Source: Marsupella aquatica (Eukaryota > Plantae > Marchantiophyta). From it: a stretch of DNA of 64,000 nt. The stretch is from NCBI GenBank assembly GCA_973895155.1, contig OZ316895.1:334107-398106 (forward strand), read 5' to 3'. Below the pieces are notes generated by a model that worked only from the letters and a program-made list of their open reading frames with translations, was not told the origin of the DNA and ran no database searches. The position numbers were made by a program, and so were the translations under genes. Position 1 is the first letter of the stretch; each line of letters opens with the position of its first letter. Positions 25,265 to 37,140 of the stretch are shown piece after piece.

Positions 25265-26589
25265 CTACTCTTCCAATCGGATGTCACCCTTCTGTTTCCA
25301 CAAATGTTCAATTAAATCATTTCTGAGGGTGTTCCAACTGGTTGAATTCTCCAGCTCCCTTGTGGCAGCTAGGTAGTCTCTCTAGGGCATTCTTCCTCTC
25401 TGAACAGCCAGCAAAGGACTTGCCTCTACCCAAAAATCTTCATGCTCCTCCCCTCTCTCATCCTCGATAATCATGTTGTGAAGGACAATGCAAGCCATCA
25501 AAATTGTATGCACCCTATCTAGATGCCAAGCTCTTGCTGGCTACTTCACAATTCCCCATCTCGCTTGAAGAACTCCAAAGGCTCTTTCAACATCTTTTTT
25601 GACAACCTCTTGGCACTTGGCAAAAAACATTTCTTTTGTGTCTGGGGCTTGTGAAAAGTTGTCACAAAACATGACCACTTGGGGTAAATTCCATCAACCA
25701 AGAGGTAAGCTCTCTTGTACTCTGTGCCATTGATGGTGTAGTTCAATTGGTCATAGTGCTGGTGCAACATGTCATTCACCAGAGGAGATCTGTCCAAGAC
25801 ATTCAAGTCATTGTTACCGCCAGACAAGCCAAAGAAGGCATACCAAATCCAAAGCTCCTGATCTACAATTGCCTTAAGGACTATTGATTTGTTCCCATCT
25901 TTGTCTGTGAATTGCCCTTGCCAAGCCACAGGGCAGTTCTTCCACTCATAGTGCATGCAGTCTAACGAAGCAAACATTCATGGGAACCCTCTGCTGTCAT
26001 TCACAGCCAACAATCTCAGGAAGTCACTCTTGTCTGGTTTCCTCAAGTATTTTTCCTCATACAGTTGTCGAATTGCCAGGCAGAATCTGTACAATGACTT
26101 CCTAGCTGTGGACTCTCCAAGTCTACAATATTCGTCTGTAGCATCCGCCCCAATCCCAAAAGCCAATTGTCGAAGCGCAACTATGATTTTCTGAAGACCA
26201 GATAACCCTATTTTGTTTGTAGCATCTCGCCTCTGTTGGAAGAAGCTATCATGTGCACAAATTGCTACGTGAATTTTGTGAAACAATCTTCTCGTCATCC
26301 TAAGCCTACGTTGAAAATCTCTGTTGTCATACGTACAATTCTCTGCAAAGTAATCATCCCAAATTATTTGATGTCCCCGCTCTCTCCTCCGATCTTTATT
26401 GGGCCTCTTCCCAAGCACTGATCCCCCACCTCGTTTGCATTGTTTCTGCTCAAATGTACCGAGCCCTTGGAGAGACAAGGGGCCAGCCAGTGTAGCCCTC
26501 TCCCAAAAATCTTGCTCCTCCTCCATTGAATTAAGCTCATCTTCAATCTGCAAGCGCAAATTCAATCTCCATGCTTCAAGATGGTCCAT
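25265..26589 (-). pseudogene. Plant PIF/Harbinger transposase, inactivated
   Basis: DYFAENCTY..FQRRLRM, ALRQLAFG, RGFP*MFASLDCMHYEWKNCPVAWQG (in-frame TGA at 25978-25980), NNDLNVLDRSP, LVDGIYP, a frameshift before KDVERAFGVLQARW, a further TAG, then ACIVLHNMIIEDER and NDLIEHLW. Confidence 0.93.
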
Positions 26590-27344
26590 GTGATAGAAAT
26601 TCTATGAAATCAGACAAAGTTCTTTACTCTCACGAAAAGCTAGAAGGGGTGCAACTATGGAGTTTTGGCCGGGAAGCCTCAGTTCTTGCTCGCAGATTTT
26701 TCCATTGTCGCGGCAGCCGCGACGAGCTCCTGCGTCGGGGAGGGAGTTTGAACCTGGGTTGCTTGGGTTCGAACGCGAGTTAACAGTTTTCAGGCGTCGA
26801 TTTACAAGGCACGGGTGCAATGCCTATTGCGCACCCGGGCCATATCATGATGCAGGCCTCCAAAGGGCCGCGAAAAAATTCCCTTTGGCAGGGTTGGCCA
26901 GCAAAACCGGTGCGGATGCTCTAAAAGGTTTTTTTCACTAGCCTCTATAGTGACTAAATGTAATGACATATGACCAAACTTTAAGGCAAAAAGTTAGGGA
27001 CTACGAATTTGGTAGTCTATTGTATAATTAAACTGTGGACTTAAGGTCCATCAAATTCTGAGCTTTGCTACACATTGATTACAGTCAATCTTTGCTTTCG
27101 TCCTGAATTCAAAATTAAGGCAGATGAGCATACATTAGCCTCAATCTTTGCTTTAGTCCTTAATTTTGAGACGCCCTAGTAGAATTGAATCTAGTGGAGA
27201 GACGAGGGGACTATGGCCAGTAACCTTCAATGAAAACACAAAAGAAAAACTCAGACGGAGGGTTTACTAGCCTGGTAGCTCAGAACAAAGCTCATCCCCT
27301 GAGCAACTGAACTAAGGCAGCTGGGAGCTTTCGTTGCAGTGTTG

Positions 27345-27460
27345 GTGCACGAGCGTGTCGTCTCTCGCTGTGAGCTCTCTCTCCTTCTCTCAGTCTTTGA
27401 GAGAAGTGTCGGTGCACGAGCGTGTGGTCTCTCGTTGTGAGCTCTCTCCTTCTCTCCTAG
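27345..27460. repeat. Direct duplication (~45-bp core x2) in the putative LIG4 5' leader
   Basis: ggtgcacgagcgtgt(c/g)gtctctcg(c/t)tgtgagctctctc...cttctc occurs twice. Confidence 0.7.
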
Positions 27461-28270
27461 TCTTCGGGAGAGCTCGTTTTAAGTGTTCTATTCCTTTGCA
27501 ACTACACGAGTACGATAACGCATTTTGTTGAAGCTTCACGCAGCAACCTGAACTCTGTTAAATAACACTCTGTTTCGATCAAGTGGCTCGCACGAGGTCC
27601 AAGGATTTACTCGAGCTCCCGCAAAGAAATCTTAGCTCGGTATACTCACACTGTCGCGGTTTTTGGGTGCTAGTACATTAGGTTTAAGCATTTTGTCGAA
27701 ACTCAGCACAGAAATCTTAGCTTTACAATCACTCTTGTCTGTGCGCGCGGTCTTTTCCGAGGATTCGGTGATCTTTGGAATCTAACGCACTAAAATTTGT
27801 GTTGGCTTTTGCAGTCCAGTTGAGTGTTCTTTTGAATTTAACGTACGGTAATTTGGGATGGCTCTTGCGGTCCACTTGAATTTCTCTGTGGCAATCGGGA
27901 CTCCCTGCTCTCATGGTCTAACAAGCAACTGACAAAAATAATCCGGCCCGGTTTCTTTCGCTGTCACTTGCGATTTCTCCTGCGCGCAAGGGCCGTGCTT
28001 ACGGTCAATACTTTTGTTAGGGAGAGCCTTCCCTTCTTCCCTCGGGAAGCTTATCCGCCTTAGCAGCTGGAAGTTGGGCACGAACGTCTAGGGACACATA
28101 GCCCTGTCATTGATCAAGAGATTCTGCATCCCTGCCCAATTTCGTGACAAGGAGAGCTCATCGACCAATACCCCAAAAACCTCAGAAGGGCTTGTCATTG
28201 AAACGAATTGTACTGAGTCCATGAGGGTGACATCCAAGTTTATCCAGAAGACCTCACAGGCTTGGAAAAT

Positions 28271-31105
28271 ATGTGCGATACAACAGTAGAGTTTTCAGTT
28301 ATCTGCTCCTTATTCGATGGGGTGACAAGTGCCAAGAAGATGCCGTTGAAGCGGAAGCACATCCGGACGTTTCTGGATCGGGTTTACACTGATCACGAGT
28401 TTTTCAGTGCACTGCGGTTGATGTTGCCGAGTGAAGACAAACAGCGGTCTACTTATGGGTTGAAAGAGACCACGCTAGGCAAATTTCTTGCCAACGCTTT
28501 GGACCTGTCGCCAGACTCTGTGGATGCTCAAAAGCTGGTGAGTTGGAGGAAAGGAGGGACGCGTGCTGGTAGCAATGCTGGCAACTTTGCGCTCATTGCC
28601 ACAGAGATTCTCTCTGTTCGGCAGCGTGTCACATCCACAGGCTTGAAGATAAAGGATGTGAATGATCTCCTTGATCGTCTAGCGGCGGCAAGTACGAAAG
28701 AGGAGAAGGAAAAATTATTGCGGGAAATGATCAATAAAACCGATGCTCACGAAATGAAGTGGATCATTATGATAATTCTCAAAGATCTCAAACTGGGGAT
28801 GAGTCATAAGACCATCTTTAGTGAGTTCCATCCCGATGCTGAGGATCTGTTTAACGTGACTTGTGATTTGAAACTGGTTTGTGAGAAACTTCGGAATCGG
28901 AATGAAAGGTATGGGCGAAAGGACATAGAGGTAGGCAAGGCAGTGAGACCACAGCTGGCTTCCAGAATTGACAGTGTGGAAGAAGCATGGATGAAGTTCC
29001 GGGGAAAGAAAATGATTGTAGAGTACAAATTTGATGGGGAACGCATTCAAGTTCACAAAGATGGCACTAGATTGTACATTTACTCGAGAAATTTTAATGA
29101 CCAGTACGAAATATATAAGGCAGGAATAGCTGACGTTCTCATTCAGAACGTCCTTCCAGAGAAATGCATTTTGGATGGAGAATTGGTGGCGTGGGACAGA
29201 TTGAAAAAGAAATTTCAAGATTTTGGCTCTATTCGGAGTGTCGCAAACGCTGCAAGAGACGGCCTGGACACAAGTCAGCAGCTGTGTTATATTGCATTCG
29301 ATCTCTTGTATTATGGAAGCAGTAGTGTGATTCATCTACCACTACGTGAGCGACAAGAGCTGTTATGCAAAGTAGTACGACCAGTCAAGCGTCGTTTGGA
29401 GCTTCTCAATCCAAATTGTGGCCTCAATACTAAGCAAAGTCTTGGTGAGTCCGATTGGTCCTTCGTTCCAAAGAGTGCCGAGGAGGTTAAGCACTTCTTC
29501 CAAAGATGCGCGGAGAACAGGGAAGAGGGCATCATTATGAAAGATCTGGACTCCAAATGGCAACCTGGTGATCGAACTGGGAAGTGGCTGAAACTCAAGC
29601 CTGACTATGTCGAGAATTATGATCTGGATGTTCTAATAATCGGTGGTTACTTTGGTTCAGGGCGATGGGGAGGCGAGGTAGCCCAGTTTCTCCTCGGCGT
29701 TGCTGAGAAGCCAAAGGCAGAAGAATACCCAACAATGTTCTCCTCATTCTGTAAAGTGGGTACGGGGTTCAGTGATGAGGTACGTCAGCATCTTGTTCAG
29801 AAGCTTAGTCCATATATCAGGCCAAACGAGAAGAATAGCAAACCCCCAAGTTGCTACAATGTCACCAACCATGCGAAGGAGCGTCCTGATGTCTGGGTTT
29901 ATCCACCAGATAAGTCTGTTATCCTGGAAATAAAAAGTGATATCAGAACAATTGATACTGAGGCCTTTGCTGCGCCCTATGGTTTGCGGTTTCCCCGTGT
30001 TACCAGCGTGCGGTATGAGAAACCTTGGTACGACTGCCTTGATACGCAGACTCTGAAGGACATGGCTAGGTCTGGAAAAGGAAGCACAGTTGATTTGACA
30101 GGGCCCAGTAAAATCAAGGAAAACAGAAAGCTGAAGAAGGCAAGGAGCAACTGTTTGCCTCTAGTTCCATCGCATATGTCGAATACGGATGTGTCCCATG
30201 TGAAGCACACGTCTAAAATATTTGAAAAGGTTGTCTTCTATTTTGTCAACAACCCAGTGGAACACTCGAAGGATTATCTTCACAAGCTCGTGACTGAAAA
30301 CGGGGGGTCATTCTCCATGAATCTCAGTGATGCTGTGACACATGCTGTAGCATCGGTGAGAAAAGGAATCAAGTTTCAGGCAGCAGCAGCTCATGGTGAT
30401 GTTATCCATATCTCGTGGATTACAGACTGCTGCACCGCAAAGACTCTACTGCCAGTGAGTCCCAAGTACTTCCTTCACCTGTCAGATCAAACGAAAGAGA
30501 CAAGGAAAGATGACATTGACGACTATGGTGACCACTACTCTTTGGACATCGACGTTGCCGATTTGAAACAGATACTCAAGAATACGGCAGCGCTTTCCAT
30601 AGACCCTGATGAACTAGCACGGGCCAAGAAGAAGTACTGCTCAAGCTCGGCGTTTTGCCAGTTCTCTGATTGCCATTTCTACTTCCACAGGCCCATTCAT
30701 TCAAGCAATCATGACTCTCAGATGGTAGCAGAGACTGCTCTTAAACGACAGCAACTTGAGGTCAGTATGCACGAAGGAGATGTCAGCAAAACCTTGAATG
30801 CTAACGTGACGCACATGATTGTGTATACCTCCTCAAAACAGGCGTTGCCATTTAGAACTATAGTGAAAAGCATGTCTAGTGACCAGAGGAAATTCCTTAC
30901 ATCAGAAAAGCTCAAAATATTGAGCCATCAATGGATAGACGATCACATGCTTGGTACCTGTGACCATCCGATGGAAGACAGCTATGACCTCAGAGATCGT
31001 TCTTTTCAGTTCAATGAGGACATTGCAATGAAAATGGGAATGCCAGGAAACGCCAGAGTAGCCCTAGCGGACTCCTTAGAAAGCTCCCTCCCAAACACTT
31101 TGTAA
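28271..31105 (+). CDS. LIG4: DNA ligase IV (NHEJ), single coding exon, ~944 aa
   Basis: Uninterrupted ORF from ATG 28271: DNA-binding domain, EYKFDGERIQ (KxDG active site), EGIIMKD, WLKLKPDY, DVLIIGGYFG, LRFPR, two BRCT domains around the XRCC4-binding linker (DDYGDHY). Confidence 0.96.
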   Translation: MCDTTVEFSVICSLFDGVTSAKKMPLKRKHIRTFLDRVYTDHEFFSALRLMLPSEDKQRSTYGLKETTLGKFLANALDLSPDSVDAQKLVSWRKGGTRAGSNAGNFALIATEILSVRQRVTSTGLKIKDVNDLLDRLAAASTKEEKEKLLREMINKTDAHEMKWIIMIILKDLKLGMSHKTIFSEFHPDAEDLFNVTCDLKLVCEKLRNRNERYGRKDIEVGKAVRPQLASRIDSVEEAWMKFRGKKMIVEYKFDGERIQVHKDGTRLYIYSRNFNDQYEIYKAGIADVLIQNVLPEKCILDGELVAWDRLKKKFQDFGSIRSVANAARDGLDTSQQLCYIAFDLLYYGSSSVIHLPLRERQELLCKVVRPVKRRLELLNPNCGLNTKQSLGESDWSFVPKSAEEVKHFFQRCAENREEGIIMKDLDSKWQPGDRTGKWLKLKPDYVENYDLDVLIIGGYFGSGRWGGEVAQFLLGVAEKPKAEEYPTMFSSFCKVGTGFSDEVRQHLVQKLSPYIRPNEKNSKPPSCYNVTNHAKERPDVWVYPPDKSVILEIKSDIRTIDTEAFAAPYGLRFPRVTSVRYEKPWYDCLDTQTLKDMARSGKGSTVDLTGPSKIKENRKLKKARSNCLPLVPSHMSNTDVSHVKHTSKIFEKVVFYFVNNPVEHSKDYLHKLVTENGGSFSMNLSDAVTHAVASVRKGIKFQAAAAHGDVIHISWITDCCTAKTLLPVSPKYFLHLSDQTKETRKDDIDDYGDHYSLDIDVADLKQILKNTAALSIDPDELARAKKKYCSSSAFCQFSDCHFYFHRPIHSSNHDSQMVAETALKRQQLEVSMHEGDVSKTLNANVTHMIVYTSSKQALPFRTIVKSMSSDQRKFLTSEKLKILSHQWIDDHMLGTCDHPMEDSYDLRDRSFQFNEDIAMKMGMPGNARVALADSLESSLPNTL

Positions 31106-33301
31106 GATACAAAAATCAATTGTACTGCCTGCAGAAAAGATGATGTAAAGCCGAAGGGGGCCGTTGTATGGTGCTCCTTGTCTCCCTTCAAATCAGTTTT
31201 GGACCACAACTCACATTTCGCCGATCCCAAAACTCCGAGTTTCCTGGTTTGTTTCTCTGCAGATTGATACATAGCTTAAGCTGCCTTTGTTGCGACACTG
31301 AGCAGTTCGGTGACGGACTTGCGAACACGTTAATATAGCATTAAAGTATTCTAAAACCATCATCCGACAAAATTCGATCACTAACGTGCAAACTTCTTCA
31401 TAGAAACAAAGGGTCTCCAATCGTGAAATCAGGTGTATCTTTCAAAAAATTGTAATTATATGAATTCGGGTAGATTTCTAATCCCCAGTGGCATGACAAC
31501 CCTTGAAGTATATCACCATCACCTGAAGCATCCTAAGTTTGATCATTTTCGAGCCAGTTATTCAAAGTCCTGTCCATACCAGATAAACGTCATGCCCACA
31601 CGGGTCTCAAACTGCGGACGGGCTTACCGTGTTCCCAGATTGCCAGGCCTAAACAATGCCTATACGCCAAAGCTTTAATATGCATGGGCTAAATGTTCAG
31701 CAATCATTGTTTTGTTGGACCAGGCATTAAACCGAACACGACTGGAAGCCCACAGCCCAACTCAATCTACCATAGTTGCAAAAAGTGCAAGTCAACACAT
31801 TCTGGCAACTAAAACATTCGCCTCAAACAGCCCACGATGCGACTTTGTAAGCATCTTAGCCTGGATTGGAATCACGATCTCCATATACATCGATTGCACA
31901 AGACTCAGCATTGCTATCATTGTGAAGTCATTTTTATCCTACAAATACCTTAACCACACCTGCCGGCATAAAAGACTCATTCCAAGCCTCATTCCCTCCC
32001 TCACTACTTCTCATTCCTGTCCTGTGGTGAATAGTGTCAGACCATAAGAGGTGGAGCACTTGCCAATAAAAGGTTTTGCACTCACCATTTTTTGTGAAGC
32101 TCAAGCCCATTCCTGGACTTGTGCACTTTAGAATAACAATAACCTGTAGCTCTTTAGAGGGGCAGGTGTGGTTTAAGAGATATTTGTTCATCTATTTAAG
32201 TTTGCATTTCCATGTTTGTTCTTTCCTAGTTTTGTTCCTCTTAAGTTGCTTTTGCTTTGCAAGGCAGAACTGCCTTCTTTTGATTGTTCCAGGGTGGATT
32301 GTGGCTGGTCTAAGTTGGGTAGGTCAAATCTGTAGTATCTGTGCATTGACTCATCTTCTTTGGTCCATCTTCTTCCAGTTTCCCAATCTCTTGGAATTCA
32401 CACTTTGACATGAGGGTGCAACTTCTTTGACCCTTGTGGAATGAAATGTTCTGAAGCTTTTGATGGCTGTATCCAAAGCATTATGGGCTATAATGTCCCC
32501 ACACAAGAGGGCTTGAGGCTAAGGGCGGGCCCTGCACCAGCATAGATTTTTTTGTTTTTTGTTTTCTCGGGGGGTGGGGGGCATTGTCTTGCATTGGTGG
32601 ACGGCGTCCAGATCTTTTTCCAGGCACAGATCCGGCTTGAAATTCTGACTGGCATTTTATTTCGTTTCTGCTGTTTTTCCTAGTTGCCAAACACATCTAC
32701 TTTGCCCAGGTGCCACAGGTTCACATCCTACACCATCTTCACATTCCTTTTCTATCCCTCCTGTTTTGTGACAGGTTGGGCAAAGAAGCTTGAAGGATGC
32801 AGGGCTGAATAGCAGCCATTGGTGCTATCTGTTTCTTCATTGGGTGTGATGTTCCCGGCTTGTCTCAGCCCCTCAAATTTGTCCAATAGCAGCTTGCAGC
32901 CAAGAAAGTGACACAGATGCTCTTACCAAGAGATAAACAGAGGACAAATCTCAAAATGCTGTTGGAGAGCCTATGATGGGCATTCTCTTCCATAAACTAA
33001 AGTACAGAAAGTAGAAGAGAAGAATCTTGAAGCTACATATCAATGTGCCAAATAACAAATAGCATCAAACCCGGAGACAGACTGGCAAGGGCAAAAGACC
33101 AATGAGGAAGAGAAAGTAAAGAAAAACCCTAGGATCACCAGTGAGCCAAAAAGCCAGAGAGTCCCCCACAACTGTATTGGAACTGTACACTGAAAAGCCT
33201 GATAAAACCCAGTAGGGCATATTAAAACAGTTCCACAAAGGAGTTACAGGCAGTACATAAAACTCCTTTATGGCCATAACATAACTCTTTACGGTCTACC
33301 A

Positions 33302-33440
33302 AAATACATGCCCCATAAAAATCTCATGCCCCCAAAATTTTCAGTGAAGACTTTTCTTTTCTTATGGCTTACTAAATACATGCCCCATAAAAATCTCATG
33401 CCCCAAAATTTTCAGTGAAGACTTTTCTTTTCTTATGGCT
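33302..33440. repeat. Tandem duplication, ~72 bp x2
   Basis: aaatacatgccccataaaaatctcatgcccc(c)aaaattttcagtgaagacttttcttttcttatggct occurs twice, nearly identical. Confidence 0.9.
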
Positions 33441-33628
33441 GAACTTTGACAAGCTCTAATAGCAAAGAGCATGTGGGATGGTTCTGAACAAGGATTGGTG
33501 TAGAGAGAAAGCAAAAGGAGGGGTGTTGTTGAGGGTGCATGGGAGGGTCACAAACAGGGATTTCTGTAGGGAACACAGAGGGCGGGGTGTAGTTGAGGGT
33601 GTAAACTGCAATTCCTGTCAGGAAGAAA

Positions 33629-33903
33629 GGTTACCCGTCTGTAACCTTTTCTACCAGGTAACCCTGTGCCCAGAAAGTCTTGCCGGGTAATCTGTTTCCA
33701 GAAAGTCTTGCCGGGTAATGACCGTTTGGGCTGGGGTTACTGTCTGAAACCCGTTCCCATGAAGCTCAGAAAAACTTCCTGGCTGAAACCCATTCCAACA
33801 AAGCTCAGCAAAACTTCCCGGCTGCCTGCCGCCAGTCAACATTTCCTCACTTTCTGGTCAGAGGGTTACAGACGAGTAACCCCAGACCAATCCGTCATTA
33901 CCC
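33629..33903. mobile_element. Foldback / MITE-like inverted repeat
   Basis: gggtaatgaccgtttgggctggggttactgtctgaaacc (~33713-33751) is inverted to ggttacagacgagtaaccccagaccaatccgtcattaccc (~33864-33903); extra subrepeat ggttacccgtctgtaacc at ~33629. No TSD recognised. Confidence 0.55.
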
Positions 33904-34819
33904 TATATGTGAAGTGGGAGGGAGCTAGGGTGGGAGCACAGGAGGGAGGGGCCACCTGGGATGATGAAAAAGAAGTAGGGAGCACGCACTCACTAACTAC
34001 AGTCCCACAGGGATTATATAAGGTGACTGACGCAAGCTCCTGTAAAGCCAGGCCCAAAGCCACACAAGAGGAAGGACGACAGCAGAAGCGCAGGAAAAGA
34101 AAAGGCGTCGCAGCCTCGCAGGGACGGAGAAGAAACGCAACAGGGACAACCGAGGATCGATCTCGTCTCTCTGCTCTGCTCTGCTCTGCTCATGCTCTTG
34201 CTCAGAGGTTGAGCCTACAGGTGCGGCGGACGAAAAGCGAAGGCCGAGGAGGAAGAGATAGTCGTTGTTTAGGAGAGGAGCATTATTATTGTTGTTGTAG
34301 AAGAAGAGTGGGGTTCGTCGTCGCAGAAGGAGGGGGAGGCGGTCCGGCCATGAAGGGCAGGAGCCGGGGGAGATAGATTGATTGATTAGATACGGAGCTA
34401 GTTTTCATCGTGAGAAAGTGGAGTCGCACGGTGTGCAAACCTACATGTCGTTGCGGCACTCCCTGCAGACGTAGACAGACGGAACAGACACAGAGACGAA
34501 CTGAGGCGGACGGACAAACAGGCGGGGTCGGCAGTCTCTTCTGAGCGGAGGGAAATCGATTGGACGAGTGATACCGTAAGCGGAAACGAGAAGAATCGGC
34601 GTGAGGGTTTGGCCCGGTTCTTATGTTACCGACGAACGAACGACCGCACGCACGCACAAATCGACGAGCCAGCGAGGGAGTAAGTTCGTGGTGTGGATGA
34701 TTTAGGTCGCGGGAGACGCTGAGACGGAGCGGCCAAAATTAGGGCGTAGAAAGCCACTCCAGGAAAGGGAAAGGGAAAGAAGAAAAGGAAAAGAGGTGGG
34801 ATAGTAAGCAGCGGCATCG

Positions 34820-35665
34820 ATGTCGAGGTATGAAGGAGGAAATAGAGGGAGCTACGGGGGCAGTAGAGGGGGAGGCTACGGAGGCGGAAGAGATGGGCCG
34901 CCGGGTGGGGGCGGAGGAGACAGAAATTCTAGGTACGACGGTGGCGGAGGAGGGGGGAGTAGGAACGGTGACCGAGGATATGGCAATTCGAACGATGGCG
35001 GAGGAGGATATAGAGGAGGAGGAGGAGGAGGAGGAGGTGGAGGAGGAGGGAGGTACGAAGAGAGAGAGCAAGGCGGAAGAGGAGGGGGTTATGGCAACAG
35101 CTACGGCAACAGCTATGGTGGCAGTAACAATGACGAGGGGCGTTCGGCTTATGGCGGGGGAGGTGGAGGCGATGCAGGAGGCGGAGAGGAGCCAGCGCCC
35201 GTGAAAGTTAAGCAATGTGATGACGATTGCGGAGACACTTGCGATAATACAAGAATCTACATCTCAGGGCTGCCGCTGGACGTGACCATCGACGAGCTGA
35301 GGGAGTTGTTTGGGGGCATAGGGCAAGTGGCCAGAATAAAGCAAAAGCGAGGGTATAAAGACCAATGGCCTTGGAACGTCAAGATCTACACGGACGACGC
35401 GGGAAAGCCGAAGGGGGACGCCGTATTGACATACGAGGATCCCTCCGCAGCACATTCAGCCGGGAGTTTCTTTAATGATCATTCTTTGAGGGGACATCAG
35501 ATTAAGGTCACCATGGCCGAGAAGTCTGCACCACGGCCTCCTCCACAGTTCGGACATGGAGGACGGGGCGGCGGTGGAGGTGGGGGCTACAGAGGTGGTG
35601 GGGGTCGTAATAGCGGTGGCCCAGACAGGCGGGACGGTGGTGGCTATCGCTCCCGTCCTTATTGA
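34820..35665 (+). CDS. Gly/Tyr/Arg-rich RRM protein, TAF15b/FET-like, single coding exon
   Basis: VKVKQCDDDCGDTCDNTRIYISGLP...GQVARIKQKRGYKDQWPWNVKIYTD is the plant TAF15b-type RRM; RGG/YGG low-complexity flanks; C-terminal RSRPY (PY-NLS-like); (GGA)n tract at ~35013-35050 encodes poly-Gly. Confidence 0.88.
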   Translation: MSRYEGGNRGSYGGSRGGGYGGGRDGPPGGGGGDRNSRYDGGGGGGSRNGDRGYGNSNDGGGGYRGGGGGGGGGGGGRYEEREQGGRGGGYGNSYGNSYGGSNNDEGRSAYGGGGGGDAGGGEEPAPVKVKQCDDDCGDTCDNTRIYISGLPLDVTIDELRELFGGIGQVARIKQKRGYKDQWPWNVKIYTDDAGKPKGDAVLTYEDPSAAHSAGSFFNDHSLRGHQIKVTMAEKSAPRPPPQFGHGGRGGGGGGGYRGGGGRNSGGPDRRDGGGYRSRPY

Positions 35666-36707
35666 TGATGTTTGTGGATATTCGCACTTCATGAAGAAGG
35701 TTTCATTCTGAAGATATTTTGTTGGAGCCAAGGCATCAATGTGCAGGGCGACTGGCTGTAGATTTCCCCCGCAATAGTCATGGCATGGTTGTGAACAATC
35801 GTTCCTTCGAGGGAGAAGAACGTACAGTACAGTAATTATGATGTATAGGAACGAAGTGTTTGAAACTCATCTCCTTGAGAAAGCAAGGTGCAGGTGCAGA
35901 TTAGGTTGCTTCTATTCTTAGGAGGTTTCTGAAACTTGAAGAGTAGCACAGCTTGCAGTACCCAACCCACTTCTACTCTGTCAATTTCTTTTCTTTGGTT
36001 TACTCTCGGCTACCATCTTTCCCAATCAAATATTCAATGAAGCTTTTATGGCTCCTCTTCGTATCATCTGTTCACGTCTGTTGTTAGTTTCGATGGCAAG
36101 AAGATTGAAAAGTTCTGTGCTTGCAAGCCCTCGTGATATCATGGCTGTATTGACATCTGCATTTGATTACTGACTATGCGCTGGTTCGCTCCGACGACAC
36201 CTCTTTTCTGTGGCTTGCCCTAAGGGTCTCCTTCCGTGCGACCTAGTCTCTATCTTGCCCCCTTTCAGAAGGTCTTCATAATCTGTCTGTATGATCATGC
36301 ATGGTGGTCCATATCAGGAGCATATAAGGAACTGTCCAGCTGCCCCTGCTGACTGTTTGGGAGAAGGCTGGATTTTTGACACGGAACGTGTGCAGCTTCT
36401 TCAAGATGAGCTCCCGGATTCGTAGTTTTGAAACGATAGCTGCCAAAGGGTGTTCATGTAATGGGCTGATGCCGCGGAAAAATGCAATGTAAAATCAATT
36501 GTTTGGCACTAACTGCACAGTGGAACTTTGGAACCTCGGCTGTCGGGCAGGGGAGCAGCTACAGACCGGGGACGAGGTGTGCAGGTCAGTCGCCGTAGGC
36601 CCTTTCTCCAAACCGCGGCAATCACGTAATGGCCAGCGTATAACCCCAACCTTTCAGCCAACGAAAAAGAGGTATGTGAGACGGGTGGCCCTTGTATCTA
36701 CCAGCGA

Positions 36708-37140
36708 TTACACACGCTGACACTAGAGGCTTCTTTAGACCGCAAACGTGAAAGAATGCGGACTCAAAATTGCTCTACAGCGCGAATACACACACGGACA
36801 CCAGAGGCTTGTGTATACCGCAAACCTGAAAGCATGCGGACTCAAAATTGCTCTACAGAGTGGGGGGAGTTTTTGAGATCAAAACTTCAGAAACATTTCA
36901 TTCCCCTTAGCACACCTGCACATTCTCTACTATAGTGTTTGATTCCCCTCACCAATACTGCACGTTCCTCTACTTATAGTGTTTGGATCACATTCTCGAC
37001 TGTTTGTGTTTTTAGATCCGCACAGTCCATTCCCATTAGCATACCTGCACTGTCTCTACTGTAGTGTTTGAATTGCTCCCATTGTCCACTTTCCATTCCC
37101 TTCAGCAGACCTGCACATTCTCTGCTTTAGTGTTTGAAGT
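36708..37140. repeat. Tandem ~78-bp duplication followed by degenerate ~45-bp repeats
   Basis: gacac(t/c)agaggctt...ccgcaaac(g/c)tgaaag(a/c)atgcggactcaaaattgctctacag x2 (to ~36858); then about 4-5 copies resembling attcccc.tagca.acctgcacattctctact.tagtgttt. Confidence 0.75.

Larger units (their letters stand above)
22687..26921. mobile_element. Complete PIF/Harbinger DNA transposon (decayed), TIRs plus TAA target-site duplication
   Basis: TAA|GAGCATCCCCACCAGT ... ACCGGTGCGGATGCTC|TAA (14/16 inverted match); contains a convergent Myb/SANT-like ORF and a DDE transposase. Confidence 0.92.
22487..27176. mobile_element. Non-autonomous TIR element (~450 bp once the nested Harbinger is removed)
   Basis: Left TA|GGGCATCTCAAA from 22487 and right TTTGAGACGCCC|TA ending 27176 (11/12 inverted match), both flanked by TA; the same motif occurs at 58526 and 58646. 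Confidence 0.55.

Noticed and set aside
28715-29335. 206-aa antisense ORF within LIG4
   Set aside because: Antisense shadow of a long coding frame; no motif.
33666-35215. ORFs 33666-34376, 34739-35215 and 34830-35204
   Set aside because: Shadow frames of purine-rich leader and Gly-repeat sequence; no recognisable domain.
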